From contig NC_043015.1 in NCBI RefSeq assembly GCF_006345805.1, positions 14,570,001 to 14,634,000 of the forward strand: a stretch of 64,000 nucleotides of DNA, given 5' to 3'. Shown one piece after another: positions 25,150-38,211 of the stretch. Below the pieces are notes generated by a model. The model saw nothing but the letters and a program-made list of their open reading frames with translations, had not been told where the DNA came from and did not search any database. Within the stretch, counting starts at the first letter, position 1. Each line of letters begins with the position of its first letter. Source of the stretch: Octopus sinensis (Eukaryota). Made by a program: the position numbers and the translations under genes.

Positions 25150-27047
25150 ATTCCTTCTATTATCAAAGGAAAAACAGTATTTACGTTATCAGAGTCTTTG
25201 AGCAGAGCTGCAGAGCTATTTTTATGGAAGGACAAAAGTAGAATTAATACCGTTCACGATATGGAATCGATTTGCGTGCTGTTAAGACATTTCTAAAGTT
25301 GTAAAAAATAATCGCTTTTGGCTATTTCAGTTAGTGGAAGCATGTTTTTATTTTCTCAGAATTAGAATTACATTAATTTGCGAAAATTATAAGGTAACGT
25401 GTGGCGTTTTCCTTTCTCGCATATCCAGGTTTATATTTTTTTATTACCTATTGCTTTTTTTGAATATTTTTTGCTCTCCGTATGATTATTTCTAATAAGC
25501 ATTTTAACGCACCCTGTATTAGATATTTAAGTATCGCTTTTCGTGCGGATAACATCATTGATAAATTCTTCTCAATAGTTCAACATGTATGGTGAAATCT
25601 ATACTTCCCTGATGAGGTCTTAATGGGTTAAACATTTCAAAAGTTGTCTTCCGTAGTTGTCGTATGTGCCTTTATATTAACATTGTACACATTTGCTTAT
25701 TACTTTATCACTGTATTACTAAACAGTGATATGACGTTTACGTTCCCTGGAGACATTATAACTACTTGATCTGCATTTTTGGAGATCAGTGAACTAGAAC
25801 GTCCCTTACTTAAAAAACACGTAACGGTTGGTGACAGGAAGAGCATCCAGGTATTAAATGCTGGAATGGGAGAATTGCGTGAAACTATTTGGGCACTGAT
25901 GGTTGACATATGTACGCAAAAACATACATGTACAAAGAGGTAGGGTAAGATGTTATCCATGAAGGAAAATAAGCATATAGAAAAAAAAAAGAGAAAGGTG
26001 CGGGAGAGAAATATGAAATTATTGCATGAAAACAGACACCTACAGAAAAGAGAGAAGAGGGAGCGAATGGGAGAGTAGGGAAGAGAAAGCTACAGTTAAC
26101 TGAAATAATTAAAATGGAGTTATCCCCCTTTATATGACACACGTAGACAGGCATAAATTATTATTATTAACAAAAATGCTCCTATGCTGATTTATTAAAA
26201 AATATAACTTTATTTAGTTCTTCATTTGATAATAATGTGCACAGATTATTATGTAGGATAAAAAAACAAATGTTCTGAGTGCCAAAACATCTTAGGGTCA
26301 AAGCCTCCGAAGCCAAATGGATTCACTGGTGAACCAATGAGACCAAATCAGCAAGGCCAAAATGGCATCACCAAAAAATGTCCAACACCCATACAATACT
26401 GCCTCAAAAAACCCACCGCCAACACATGCTAGCATGGAAAAACGGACAGTATGTAAGTGAATGAATGGACAACCAACTACAACAATAATAATGGTTTCAA
26501 ATTTTGGCATTGGTCAGCAATTCCAGGGGAATGGTAAGTCACTTATATTAACCCCAGTGTTCAACTGGTGTTTATTATTGATCCCAAGGCAAAGTCGACC
26601 TCAGTGGAATTTGAACTCAGAACATAAAAATGGACAAAGTGTAGTTAAACATTTTGTCTGGCAGGCTAATGATTCTGCCAGAATAATTCTAGTATAGGCA
26701 CTCACCTCTCTAATAATAGCAATGACAATAATAATAATCATAATAATAATAATCATAAATGTTATCCCTATTGTCATCAGAGCATTGGGTTCAATACCAC
26801 TCACTCTGAAAAAAACATCTTAAAACTTTAGAAATTCCCTACAATCTAGGTGTTTTGCAAAAGTTGGTATTACTTGGAATTGCATGCATATTACATAAAG
26901 TACTGTCTGTTTGAGGTCCTTGTTGTGACTTGACAAATAGTACAAACCTCCAGTAGACACAATATCTTCAATCAACAACCTCAAGATATTGTATACTGTG
27001 TAACGTCTACTATAATAGTAATAATAATAATAATAATTATTATTATT

Positions 27048-27320
27048 TGTTCAGAGAGTTGCTGAAGCATGGAACAAACTGCCGGCATCAGTTGTTAGTT
27101 GTCGGAGCACCGCATCCTTCAAAACTTCCATGCTTTCTGAGATTCGCCAACACTACACCTGATTTCCTCCCCTCCATACACACACAAGCATGTATCTGAC
27201 TCATACATTGTTCGCTTTCCAGACATTTGTACATTACTGCATATACTCTATATGCACTTTCTGACAAGTTGTGGTGCACCTGAGCACTGTATACAATAAT
27301 TTCATTATTATTATTATAAT
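27048..27320 (+). mobile_element. 3' end of a CR1-like LINE
   Basis: QRVAEAWNKLPASVVSCRSTASFK-type C-terminus, 3' UTR and (ATT)n tail. Confidence 0.75.
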
Positions 27321-27339
27321 TTCACTATTATTATTATAA

Positions 27340-28950
27340 TCCCTAGGACAGGAAGTCAAGAAAGCTCCTAATGATGCATGGAGCCCATCCTCCATGTGTA
27401 GACACTGATCACTTATACATGAAGAGAGCAAATGGAGGAAGAGAACTGATAAGTGTGGAAAACTGTGTGCATATCGAAATAGAGAGCTTAATGAGATACC
27501 TAGCATAAAGTAAGGAAACGTTGCTAGTGACAGTTAGGAATGAGGGAGTATTGAGAGCAGAGAAAAAAGGGAAAACAAAGGAAGAAGTACAAAAAGGACA
27601 TGAAGAAGAATTACGCAAGAAGGGACTACACAATCAATTCCATGTAGCCATAACAGAAGTTGCTGGAAAAAAATAGGTGGGATTGGCTGATGAAAGGAAC
27701 ACTAAAGAAAAAAGAGACCGAGAGCACAATAAGTGCAAGACCAAGCTTTGGCCATGAGCTGTAGAGTCAACCTTAGGAATGAGCAGGTGTCTCTGCTGTG
27801 CTGCATCTGCAAAAGTGTGGAGGAAACTATTGCCCATATCACAAACGAATGCCCTAGACTTGCCCAAAACCATTGCAAGTTGTGGTGACACAACCAGGCA
27901 GCAAAAGTGCTACATTGGAAACTGTGCAAAAAGTGGGGTCTAGAGAGAGGCAAGACATGGTATGAGCACAAACCACAGAAAGTGATGGAGTTGGAGACGA
28001 GCAAAATCCTCTAGGATTTCCCAATCCAAACAGATCATGTGCTAGAGCATAACAAACTGGACCTAGTGGCAGTGGACAATGTGCACCACATATGCTATAT
28101 AGTTGATGTTGCATGCCCCTTTGACCCACGAAAAGAAAGGCAAAAAGATAGATAGATACAACCCTCTTAAGTACGAAATAGCCTGGCTATGGAAAATGAC
28201 GAAGGTGGAGATAGCACCAAGTATTGTTGGGTCCTTGGGAACAGTATCAGAAGGCATCTAGAGGAATATAAAGGAAATTAGAAGAGTGCCCAGTAGAACT
28301 GTTACAAAAGATTTGTCTCCTTGGCATGGTCAGAATAATCAGGAAAGTATTAGATAGCTGAAAAGAACGAATAGCATGGTACTGTAGGCAGCAGGTAGTA
28401 AGCCTGCTATGCATACAAGACTCCAGGAACTTCAACAAAGCCTTTAATAAAGAGAAAATACAACTACTACTACTACCACTACCACCGCCGCTGCCACCTG
28501 AACAGAGCATGGAAATGATACAAACATGAACCAGAAGGAGTCATTGAGAACAAGGAGTATATGATACTGTTGGGATTTTACAATCCAATGTGAATCCCTA
28601 ATTGAGGCTTGGAGACCAGTTATTGTTGTGGTAGATAAAAGGAAAAAGGAAACCAAGATTACAGATATTGCAATACCTGGGAATGCACGCATAAATGACA
28701 AAGAACTAAAAAAGATTGAGAAGTACAGGGCATTAAAAGATGAAATTGTAAGAATGTAGACTATGAGGAGAGTGTCTGTCATTCCAGTAGTTGCAAGATC
28801 ACTCCAGTAGTTGTAGGGGCACTCAGAACACTAACAACCAAGTTTGAGAAATACGTCAGAGAAATTGGAATTGACATGAGAGCAGAGCAACCCTAAAAAC
28901 TGCCCAGTTGAGGACATCTAGGATTTTGAGATTGGTACTTGGATGTTGAA
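27340..28950 (+). mobile_element. Two tandem decayed RLE-type (R4/NeSL-like) non-LTR retrotransposon fragments
   Basis: CCHC knuckle (CICKSVEETIAHITNEC), WYEHKP, DFPIQTDHVLEHNKLDLV, VDVACPFD; second copy WDFTIQC..ITDIAIPG from about 28500. Confidence 0.85.
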
Positions 28951-30581
28951 TGTCTCCCACAATAATTAACAACCAAATGCCAAAGCTTATAATGTATGGA
29001 AAGAGACCCTGTAAGACCTCTGACAGCAGGCTGCTGTCTGCTCTCACAAAATCTGTCAGAGCAAAAATGATTGAACACTCTGAGAAGTAAAACAATGATA
29101 ATGATAATAATAATAACAATAATAATAATGATGATGTGATGATGATGATGATGATGATTTCAAATTTTGGCACAAGGCCAGCAATTTCAAGGGAGTGGGT
29201 AAGTTGATTACATTGACCTCAGTGCTCAACTGATACTTATTTTATTGACTCAGAAAAGATGAAAAGCAATGTTAACTCTGATAGCATTTGAACTCAGGAT
29301 GTAAAGATGGGTGAAAAGCTCTGCTAAGCATTTTGTCCAGTATAGTAATGATTCCACCAGCTCACCACTTTAATGATAATAATAATAATCCTTTCTACTA
29401 AAGGCACAAGGCCTGAAATTTGGGGGAGGGGACTAGTTGATTACATTGACCCCCAGTGTTTCAATGGTATGTAATTTATCAACCCTGAAAGGGTGAAAAG
29501 CAAAGTCAACCTTGGCAGAATTTGAACTCAAAATGTAAAAATGGGTGAAATACCACTAAGCATTTTGTTCAGCGTGCTAACGATTCTGCCAGCTCGCCAC
29601 CTTAATGATAATAATGATGATAATAATAATAATGATGATAATAATAATGATGATGATGATGATCATCATCATCATCATCATAATAATAATAATAATTGAA
29701 GTGAAAAGAATTCATAGAGCCTGAAAAGTGATTGTGGTGTCTATAATTTTGGTACATTTGAGACCATCACAAAAAGAACAATATTCCTGCATCAAAAGCT
29801 GCAAATACCAAACTTCTTAGGAAGTTTTCAGAAGTACTTGAAGCAGTTCATGTGTTGAGGAAAGTGTTGCATCTCTAAGCTGCATGATGGAGCTGAGATG
29901 TGACACAGACAGATAAATCAAGAGAAGTTAAGTGAATAAAAATCATCATAATAATAATTGCATTGTTACACATGCATATTTGATAGAATAACAGTGAGGA
30001 ATATCAGTGATATTTCAAATATTAATATCTGCTACAGCTGTTTCAATAATTCTTTCATAACATTACAGCAATGATTACAATTAGATAATTATAATTGTAC
30101 ATAATTACAATCATAGAGTATGTAAGACAAACATCTTCAGAGATATTATAAATATGAATAAAAAAACACTTTTATATGTTGGGAAAAGAATCAAGGTGAA
30201 AAATAAAAATAAAAATACAAAGAAGCAGTTAATAAAAGCAGAAAGAAAAGAAAGACGTAGAAGAAAACAAAGGAAAAAGCAAAAAGAAATAATGAAATAT
30301 TTGATGATAAAATATATAAATAAATAGTAAAAATATCTTTTGGGAAGCTGGATGTTGGAATAATTAAGACAGTAAATGGCAACAATAAATTATGATGAGC
30401 TATTTAGATAATATCTACGAGTATTGTACAGATTTAAACACTAAATTTAGTATAGCCAATAATCAAGCTAGTAGATACTAGATTAAGAAATATTTAAGAA
30501 TAATATAGACAGATTTATAGAGACCTTAACAAAGACATATCAACACATAAATATATTCAAAGTATATATTATCATTATACA

Positions 30582-30601
30582 TCTATCTATCTATCTATCT
30601 A

Positions 30602-30699
<98 letters not shown>

Positions 30700-30840
30700 C
30701 GTCCGTCCGTCCGTCCGTCCGTCCGTCCGTCCGTCCGTCCGTCCGTCCGTCCGTCCGTCCGTCCGTCCGTCAGTCCATCCATCCATCCATCCATCCATCC
30801 ATCCATCCATCCATCCATCCATCCATCCATCCATCCATCC

Positions 30841-30891
<51 letters not shown>

Positions 30892-30906
30892 GATCGATCG
30901 ATCGAT
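30582..30906. repeat. Compound tetranucleotide microsatellite (ATCT)(GTCT)(GTCC)(ATCC)(ATCT)(ATCG)
   Basis: Directly visible; source of the spurious [12 protein letters not shown] ORFs. Confidence 0.97.
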
Positions 30907-31439
30907 GAAGCCACCTTGAGCATAATCCTATGAACCTGGAAAAATTTAAAACAGAGTTACTTACTTGCAAATAAATGTGTTAACAAGTGGCATTATTGAC
31001 CGAGGTTACCATGGTCTTTTCCGTAGGCTTTTCTTTCCACGGATAAACCTTATCTGCTTCCCCCTTTACACTTTACATCATGACATTTCTGCGATACACG
31101 ATCCCTATATATCGTTCTTTTTCTCTCTTTTTACAATCCCTTTTGATTGAAAACCTACCCCACTTTTTATTTTTTATTTTTATTTTTATTTGCTTTTTTT
31201 TCTCCCCAAAAATAAAAGCTCTTCTTTGTAATTTGTCCCCTTTGTGTTCAGCTGTGTGTGGCTAATAAAGAAACATATCTATCTATCAAACTGTCTGTCT
31301 GTCTGTCTATCTGTCATGTATGTATATGTGTTCTTCTCTTTCTCTTTTTAATTTTAGAGTAAATTTTGACTGGCCACCTACTTAGTAGCAAGGTTGTGAA
31401 GGAAAGTATCTTTTTTCAACCATCATCCTTTAAATATTA

Positions 31440-31800
31440 AGAAGGTCTTGCTGATTTTTTTTATAGTCCCAGATATTGTGATCATTTGTAACATATGACT
31501 TAAGGATTTGTGTTCTCTCCCCAAGATCCCAAGTTCAGCCATACCTTACTCCAGATGGGTTGGTATGTATCCTGTTGCTCCAATAATAATAGGTATAAAG
31601 CTGAAAGTGTATCTTGGGTACTGGATTTGCAAACAACTTGTCAATGGTCTTTAGATGTCCCCTTTCTCTAGCATTTTTCTAACTACATTCATGTCCAGAG
31701 GGGCAGCTGGTTTCCACAACAGAACATATTTTTTCTTTGTGGTTCCACCCAACGATATCTGACTGAATATTCTTTCAACTTGTTGGTCTCAACAAAGTCA
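31440..31800 (-). mobile_element. RLE-type non-LTR retrotransposon C-terminal fragment
   Basis: FIPIIIGATGYIP-like C-terminal motif; resembles 52880-53860. Confidence 0.6.
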
Positions 31801-32098
31801 ACCGCGTTTGTAAGTATTTGCTTTTTTATTATCCTGTTCCAAACTATTTATGTATGTATGTATGTATGTATGTATGTATGTATGTATGTATGCATGTATG
31901 CATGCATGCATGCTTGCAAGCATGCGTAGGCATGGTTGTGTGGTTAAGAAGCTCACTTTGCAATCATGTGGTTTCAAGTACCATTTCGCTGTGTGGTGCC
32001 TTGGCCAATCTTTTACATAACTCCAGGCCAATAAATACTGATGAGTGAATTTGGTAGATGGAAGTTGCATGGAAGCCTGCTGTATACACACACACACA

Positions 32099-32135
<37 letters not shown>

Positions 32136-32421
32136 TCATCATCATCATCGTTTAACGTCCGTTTTCCATGCTAGCATGGGTTGGACAGTTCAACTGGGGT
32201 CTGGGAAGCCAGAAGGCTGCACCAGGCCCAGTCTGATCTGGCAGTGTTTCTATGGCTGGTTGCCCTTCCTAATGCCAACAACTCTGTGAGTGTAGTGGGT
32301 GCTTTTTACGTGCCTCCGGAACGGGGGCCAGGCGAGGCTGGCAACGGCCACAATCGGATGGTGCATTTTACGTGCCACCAGCACGGAGGCCAGTTGGGGC
32401 GGCACTGGCAATGGCCACGTT

Positions 32422-32450
<29 letters not shown>

Positions 32451-32458
<8 letters not shown>

Positions 32459-32767
32459 ATATTTCGGAATGGTCATTTTGCCAGTTTAGCCAATAAAAAC
32501 ACACGCACTATATATTTGGTGTTATTTTGCTTCAGTGTTATTTATTTTTTACATTAATCTTAATCTTATTTCGGCCAGAGTTCTTTCGTCACACTCCTGT
32601 GACCGCATCAGTGGTCCTTTGTTTTCTTCTTTCTTATTTGTGTCTCTCCTTACTAACCGTCAGCCATTTTGTATTTCTATTGTATGTCTTCATTTGCGCA
32701 TGCTTATATCTCTATGTGCGTCTATTGGCTAAACTGGCAAAATGACCATTCCGAAATATAACAATAT
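32451..32767. mobile_element. Inverted-repeat element with ~45-bp perfect terminal arms and an internal hammerhead-like motif
   Basis: ATATTGTTATATTTCGGAATGGTCATTTTGCCAGTTTAGCCAATA and its exact reverse complement at the right end. Confidence 0.85.
32573..32617 (-). ncRNA. Minimal type I hammerhead ribozyme-like motif (core variant CUGAUGC-G)
   Basis: Minus strand: GGACCA CUGAUGC G GUCACA-GGAG-UGUGAC GAAA GAAC UC UGGCC. Confidence 0.65.
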
Positions 32768-33325
32768 CTGTTTCAACACAAAACTTCACATAAAAAATCT
32801 TGCACAACAAATATTTAAACATATATATATATATATAGTTCCAGTCATTAGAGGACTATGATGAATAAGAGGGGGCTGAGGACTGATCCTTGGTGGAACC
32901 CTACCCCAACCCGGAATTCTTATTTGTATGTATGTATGTATGTATGTGTGTGTGTATGTGTGTGTATATGTGTTTGTATGTGTTTGTGTATGTGTGCATC
33001 ACTGCTTGATGATCAGTGTTGGTGTGTTTATGTCCCTATAACTTAGTGGTTTGGCAAAAGAGATCAATAGAATAAGTATCAGGATTAAAAAAGTACTGGG
33101 GTCAATTAATTCAACTAAACATTCTTCAAGGCAGTGCCCCAGGATGGCCAGAGCCTAATGATTGAACAAGTGAAAAGATAAAAAAGTGACATTTACAATT
33201 ACATATAAACTAATACATATATAGAGACAAAAACAGTATATAGACAAGAGGAACATATATATACCAATGAAGATATATGAATTCAGATATAGAAGCGTGA
33301 ATAAACATGCATAAATATATAGACA

Positions 33326-33709
33326 CTAGCAGTATCGCCCGGCGTTGCTCAGGTTTGTAAGGGAAATAACTATAAAGCATTTTTAGAGAGTTATAGCCAA
33401 AAAATAGCAAAAAAATGGAAAAAAATGATGGTAAATTTTTTTTGAGAGTTAAAAAAGGTCGAGTTGCGTCCCCTAGACAGTCTGTGGTTTGTGTTTCTAA
33501 TTCTCGACCCCATGTCGAATTTATCGATTTTTTTCAGAACTGGAGGAACTTTTCAAAATTTTCGCTGCGTTAGTTTTGAATTATGACATTGGGCTATGTG
33601 TGTGTCAAGTTTCATCAGAATCGGTTGAAAGCAGTGGTCAGGGTGAGGGTACAACCAAACAGACACACAGAAACACACACAGACAAACTGCCGTTTATAT
33701 AGAGAGAGA
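33326..33709 (-). mobile_element. Non-autonomous Helitron
   Basis: 5' A|TC..TATATAAAC; 3' CCTGAGCAACGCCGGGCGATACTGCTAG|T. Confidence 0.85.
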
Positions 33710-34412
33710 TACACACACAGATACACACATGAACATGTACATTCATAGACACACATACACACATACACATATGTACAATAAAGCCCTATGTACACAGATA
33801 TGTAGCTGTATATATGTACAGAAAGATATTCATACACACATAAGTATTACATAAATACACTTCTAAATGTACAAAAATACATACATATACAAATATATGC
33901 ACATATACACACATAGGCATGGCTTGGAAGAGCCCTGTGCTAGTGCTATATAAAAAGATCCTATGCCAGTGCCACATAATGGTAACTGAGCCAGTGTCAC
34001 ATAAAAGCACCCATGCTGGTGCCATGAAAAGAGCAGCCAGCACATACTATACAGTGGTTGGTGTTTGGAAGGGCATCCAACTGTAGAAATCAAGTCAAAT
34101 CAGACTGGAATCTAGTATAGCTCCCTGGTTTGCCAGCTCCTGTCAAATGTCCATGCCAGTATGGAAGGGGGACATCAGACAATGATGACGATGATATATA
34201 CATATGCACACAGAAAATATATATGGATGTACATAAATTTATATTTTGCTTTTATACAGACATAGATGTATTTAGATATACATTCACATACATATATATG
34301 AATATATATACAGATACTGACACTGATAGGTAAATAAAAACCCTTTGATATACAACTGTATGCATTCAGATACAGATTTCTCTCTCTCACTTTCTCTCAC
34401 ACACATTATATA

Positions 34413-34690
34413 TCTCTCTATATATAAACGGCAAAATGTCTGTGTGTGTGTGTCCTTTATACAAATCCACAATTTTTCAGTTACAGGGCTCACACTTTCT
34501 ATAGTCATTTAAAACCGCCCAAGGGTGGTCGTGCACATCTTTACATTTCCCCAGTCACCCCCGCAAAGCCATTAAAAAATCAATAGAAGTGACTTTTTTG
34601 TGAATTTTCTATTCAAAACCCAATCAAAATGCTCGAAACTTGATACGCCAATTGAATGCCAGTCAATTGAATGCCAGGTCATAGTGCTAT
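34413..34690 (+). mobile_element. Internally deleted non-autonomous Helitron
   Basis: Colinear with 58891-59135 and ends TGCCAGGTCATAGTGCTA. Confidence 0.8.
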
Positions 34691-34720
34691 TATATATGTA
34701 TATATATATATAATATATAT

Positions 34721-34762
<42 letters not shown>

Positions 34763-35352
34763 CACATGCATACATTCACATGCATGCACACACTTGCAAT
34801 CATATATAGACACATATATGTAAAATATACTCGTTCAAGTACTTACACACATATATATATATATCAAGGTATATTTGTAGACTGCCAAAGCTTAGCCACA
34901 GGACACACACACATATACTCCTTAGTTATGCACATATTTTTAAGCTGATTTCATGACACATAAAACCTGTGAAGGTACAGGTACCAAAAATACCTAGAAA
35001 TAATTAACAACACACTATGATAAATAATTGATAATTAGAATTTTACAATCTTAAAGAAGCATGAAAAGCATGATAAGATTCAAGACAGAATATTAATAAA
35101 GTAGTAATACATAATATAACATTTTAAATGCATGGTATTTCATAGATAATTAGTAATTTAACACATGATACAGACTTCTTAAAGAAACATGTTAAAGTAT
35201 TAATAAAGTATTAATGTAAGACAATACAATATACATATGTGTTTGTGTGTGTATGTATGTTTGTGTGTGTATATATACATATATATATATATTATATATA
35301 TATATCTATATATATATATATATATTATATATATATATAATATATATATATG

Positions 35353-35429
<77 letters not shown>

Positions 35430-35436
35430 ATGCATA

Positions 35437-35767
35437 GAGGAGCCCTGCTTTGGTAAAGAATGACCATGGGATTGCACCTAGAAAGTTACCCTCCCAGGCA
35501 GAAGTCCGGGCAACGTTGTTTGTAGAAGGCCAGCAGTCGCCCATGCATACCAGCCTCCCTTCCCCACACCACTGATGTTATCCTAGGGAAAGGCAATGAC
35601 TGATACTGCTTGGCACCAGTGATGTCGCAACTCATTTCTACAGCTGAGTTAACTTGAGCAATGTGAAATAGAGTGTCTTGCTCAAGAACACAACATGCAG
35701 CCTGGTCCTGGAATCGAACTCACAACCTCACGATCATAAGCTCAATGCTCTAACCACTGAGCCATGC
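35437..35767 (-). mobile_element. tRNA-derived SINE with Meta-like domain (family D)
   Basis: GCATGGCTCAGTGGTTAGAGC..GTTCGATTCC head, TTGAGCAAGACACT..CTCAGCTGTAGAAATGAG. Related copies at 41906-42230 and 63775-64000; tail shared with 40818-41020. Confidence 0.75.
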
Positions 35768-36289
35768 TTAGTAGTTAGGGCATATATATATATATATATA
35801 TGACAGTTTATATATGACAGTTTTGAGAATATTGAAGTTCAGATAAATAGGCAAAATAATTATCTTAATTCTATTGAGTAATAATTAATACAATGTGAGT
35901 TTGGTAATGTAATAAATGATTAATCTAGACCAATTGATTAGATCATTGTTAGAAAAAACTAGCTGAGTGAACCTAGTATTATTGTGTTTTTAAAATATGT
36001 GGAATCACAGTTTGCAAAGGTTACTTAATCTTAATAATATGTCATAGTCATCTGAAAGTAGATTTTGTCTAGAAATACATGCACAACCTATATGTGTATA
36101 ATTGTCTGCAACAGTGATGTAAGATACTTAGTAGAAGGTAATGTAAAAGAGCATGATGAGTTAAATTGAATATGAAAACCAATTAAATTAATGAATACTA
36201 TGCTTACTGAAAGATGAAAGAGTTACTATTAGTAACCATATTTAAATTATATAATAAATTGTAATATACTATTATATTGCTAATAATGT

Positions 36290-37770
36290 TATTAATAAGT
36301 GGCATTTCATCTGTTTTTATGTTCTGAGTTCAAATTTTGCTGAGTTCAGCTTTAGCTTTCATCCTTTTGTGATTGATAAAATAAGTACCAGTTGAGCATT
36401 ATGGTCAACGTAATCAATTTACCCTCTCCTCCAAAATTGCTGGCTTGTGCCAAAATTGGAAACTAATATTTAAGGCAGCAAGGTGGTAGAATTGTTAGCA
36501 TGTCAGGGAAAATTGTTTGTTCCTTCTCGAGCCACGCCTGGCTCATAAGGGCCGGTTTCCTGGTTTCCTTGGCATATAGGTTCCCCACCTGGATGGGACG
36601 CCGGTCCATCGCAGGTGAGCTGCAAGATGCAGGAGGAAAGAGTGAGAGAAAGTTGTGGCAAAAGAATCAGCAGAAGTTCACTATTATCTTCTGCCAGAGC
36701 CGTGTGGAGCTTAGGTGTTTCGCTCATAAGCACACACATCGCCTGGTCTGAGATTCGAACCCACGATCCCTCGACCACGAGTCTGCTGCTCTAACCACTA
36801 GGCCATGTGCCTCCATGTCAGAGAAAATGCTTAATCGCATTTTGTCATTCTTTATATTCTAAGTTCAAATTCCACTGAGGTAAACTTTACCTTTTATTCT
36901 TTCGGGGTCGATAAAATAAGAACCAGTTGAATCCTGGTGTTGATACGATTGACTTAACTCCTTCCTTGAACTTGCTGGCCTAGTGCCAAATTTTGAAACC
37001 AGTAATATTATTATTAATATCAAAGCGATCATAAAGTGGCAAGCTGGCAGAATCATTAGCACATCAGGTGAAATGCTTAGTAGCATTTTGTCCATCTTTA
37101 TGTTCTGAGTTCAAATTCTGCTGAGGTCGACTTTATCTTTCATCCTTTCGAGATTGATAAAATAAGAACCAGTTCAGCCCTGGGGTCAATGTGATTGCTG
37201 GTCTTGTGCCAAAATTTGAAACAAATATCAAGGCAGTGAGCTGGCAGAATTGTTACAACATCACAAAAAAATAAATAAATAAATAAATAAAAATGCTTTG
37301 TAGTATTTCTTTCAACTCATTAAGATCTTAGTTCAAATTCTGTGGAGGTCAGCTTTACCTTTCATCTTTTCAAGGTTGATAAAAGAAGAACCAGCCAAGT
37401 GCTGGAGTTGATGTAATCAACTTGTTCCTTTTCTTCAAAATTGCTGGCCTTGTACCTAAATTAGAAAGAACATCATTATTAATATTTGTTAGTATGTTAT
37501 ACAAATTTAAGTGCACCTGTATATATGCATGTTTAAATCACTATAATTATCAGGTAGACAGGGTGGCAAACTCACAGAATTGTTAGCACCAGGCAAAGTA
37601 TTTAGCGGCATTTCATCCAACCTTAGGTTCTGAGTTCAAATTCCACTGAAGTCCACTTTGCCTTTCATCCCTTCAGGGTTGATAAAATAAGTACCAGTTG
37701 AGCACTGGAGTCAATCAGATTGACTTACCCCTTCCCATGAACTTGCTGGCCTTGTGCCAAAATTTGAAAG
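36290..37770 (+). repeat. Head-to-tail cluster of five family A SINEs
   Basis: Repeated GTTCAAATT..CCTTTCATCC..GTGCCAAAATTTGAAA-type units near 36290, 36470, 37040, 37230, 37560. Confidence 0.85.
36514..36814 (-). mobile_element. tRNA-derived SINE (family E) with 14-bp TSD, nested in a family A SINE
   Basis: TSD ATGTCAG(G/A)GAAAAT at 36500-36513 and 36815-36828; head GGAGGCACATGGCCTAGTGGTTAGAGC..GGTTCGAATC. Confidence 0.88.
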
Positions 37771-38047
37771 GTAGACACTATCCAATACCATCTTTACCAT
37801 AATTAGTATTATGCTTTTTTCATATTGGGTAATAAAGAAATATCCAAGTAGAGTCATACTTGTATTGAGCAATTTAATTCTTTTATTTAACAAATCTTTC
37901 TTAGTGCTTACTTCTTTAAGTGCTTCAAGGCATACATAAATGGCAGTCTTTTCTATCTTCTTCAAAATATTTTGGCTGAGTAGATACTGCTTTCTTTCAA
38001 CTCATAATCTATATCCTTGGATTTTAAATCAAATGCATATTCTTTAA

Positions 38048-38211
38048 TCCTTTTGTAACCAGATTTCTTTTGAAATACACTATATTTGTTTCAAATTAAT
38101 TTTAGGAAAATGAAAAATTTACTAAAATATTTTGTCATTATTAATCACTTAAAACAAGAAGTTTGTTACATAGAACCAAGAGTGTTCTTCGATGGGTTGC
38201 CATCAAAAGGG
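38048..38211. mobile_element. piggyBac-like MITE
   Basis: TTAA flanks; TCCTTTTG / CAAAAGGG ends; related to 49637-50347. Confidence 0.65.

Noticed and set aside
36735-36814. tRNA gene
   Set aside because: A/B boxes are present but continue into a SINE body with a TSD; same for the other tRNA-like heads.
37790-38045. Possible coding exon (KKIEKTAIYVCLEALKE...)
   Set aside because: Weak acceptor, bounded by a SINE and a MITE; more likely a decayed RLE-LINE piece.
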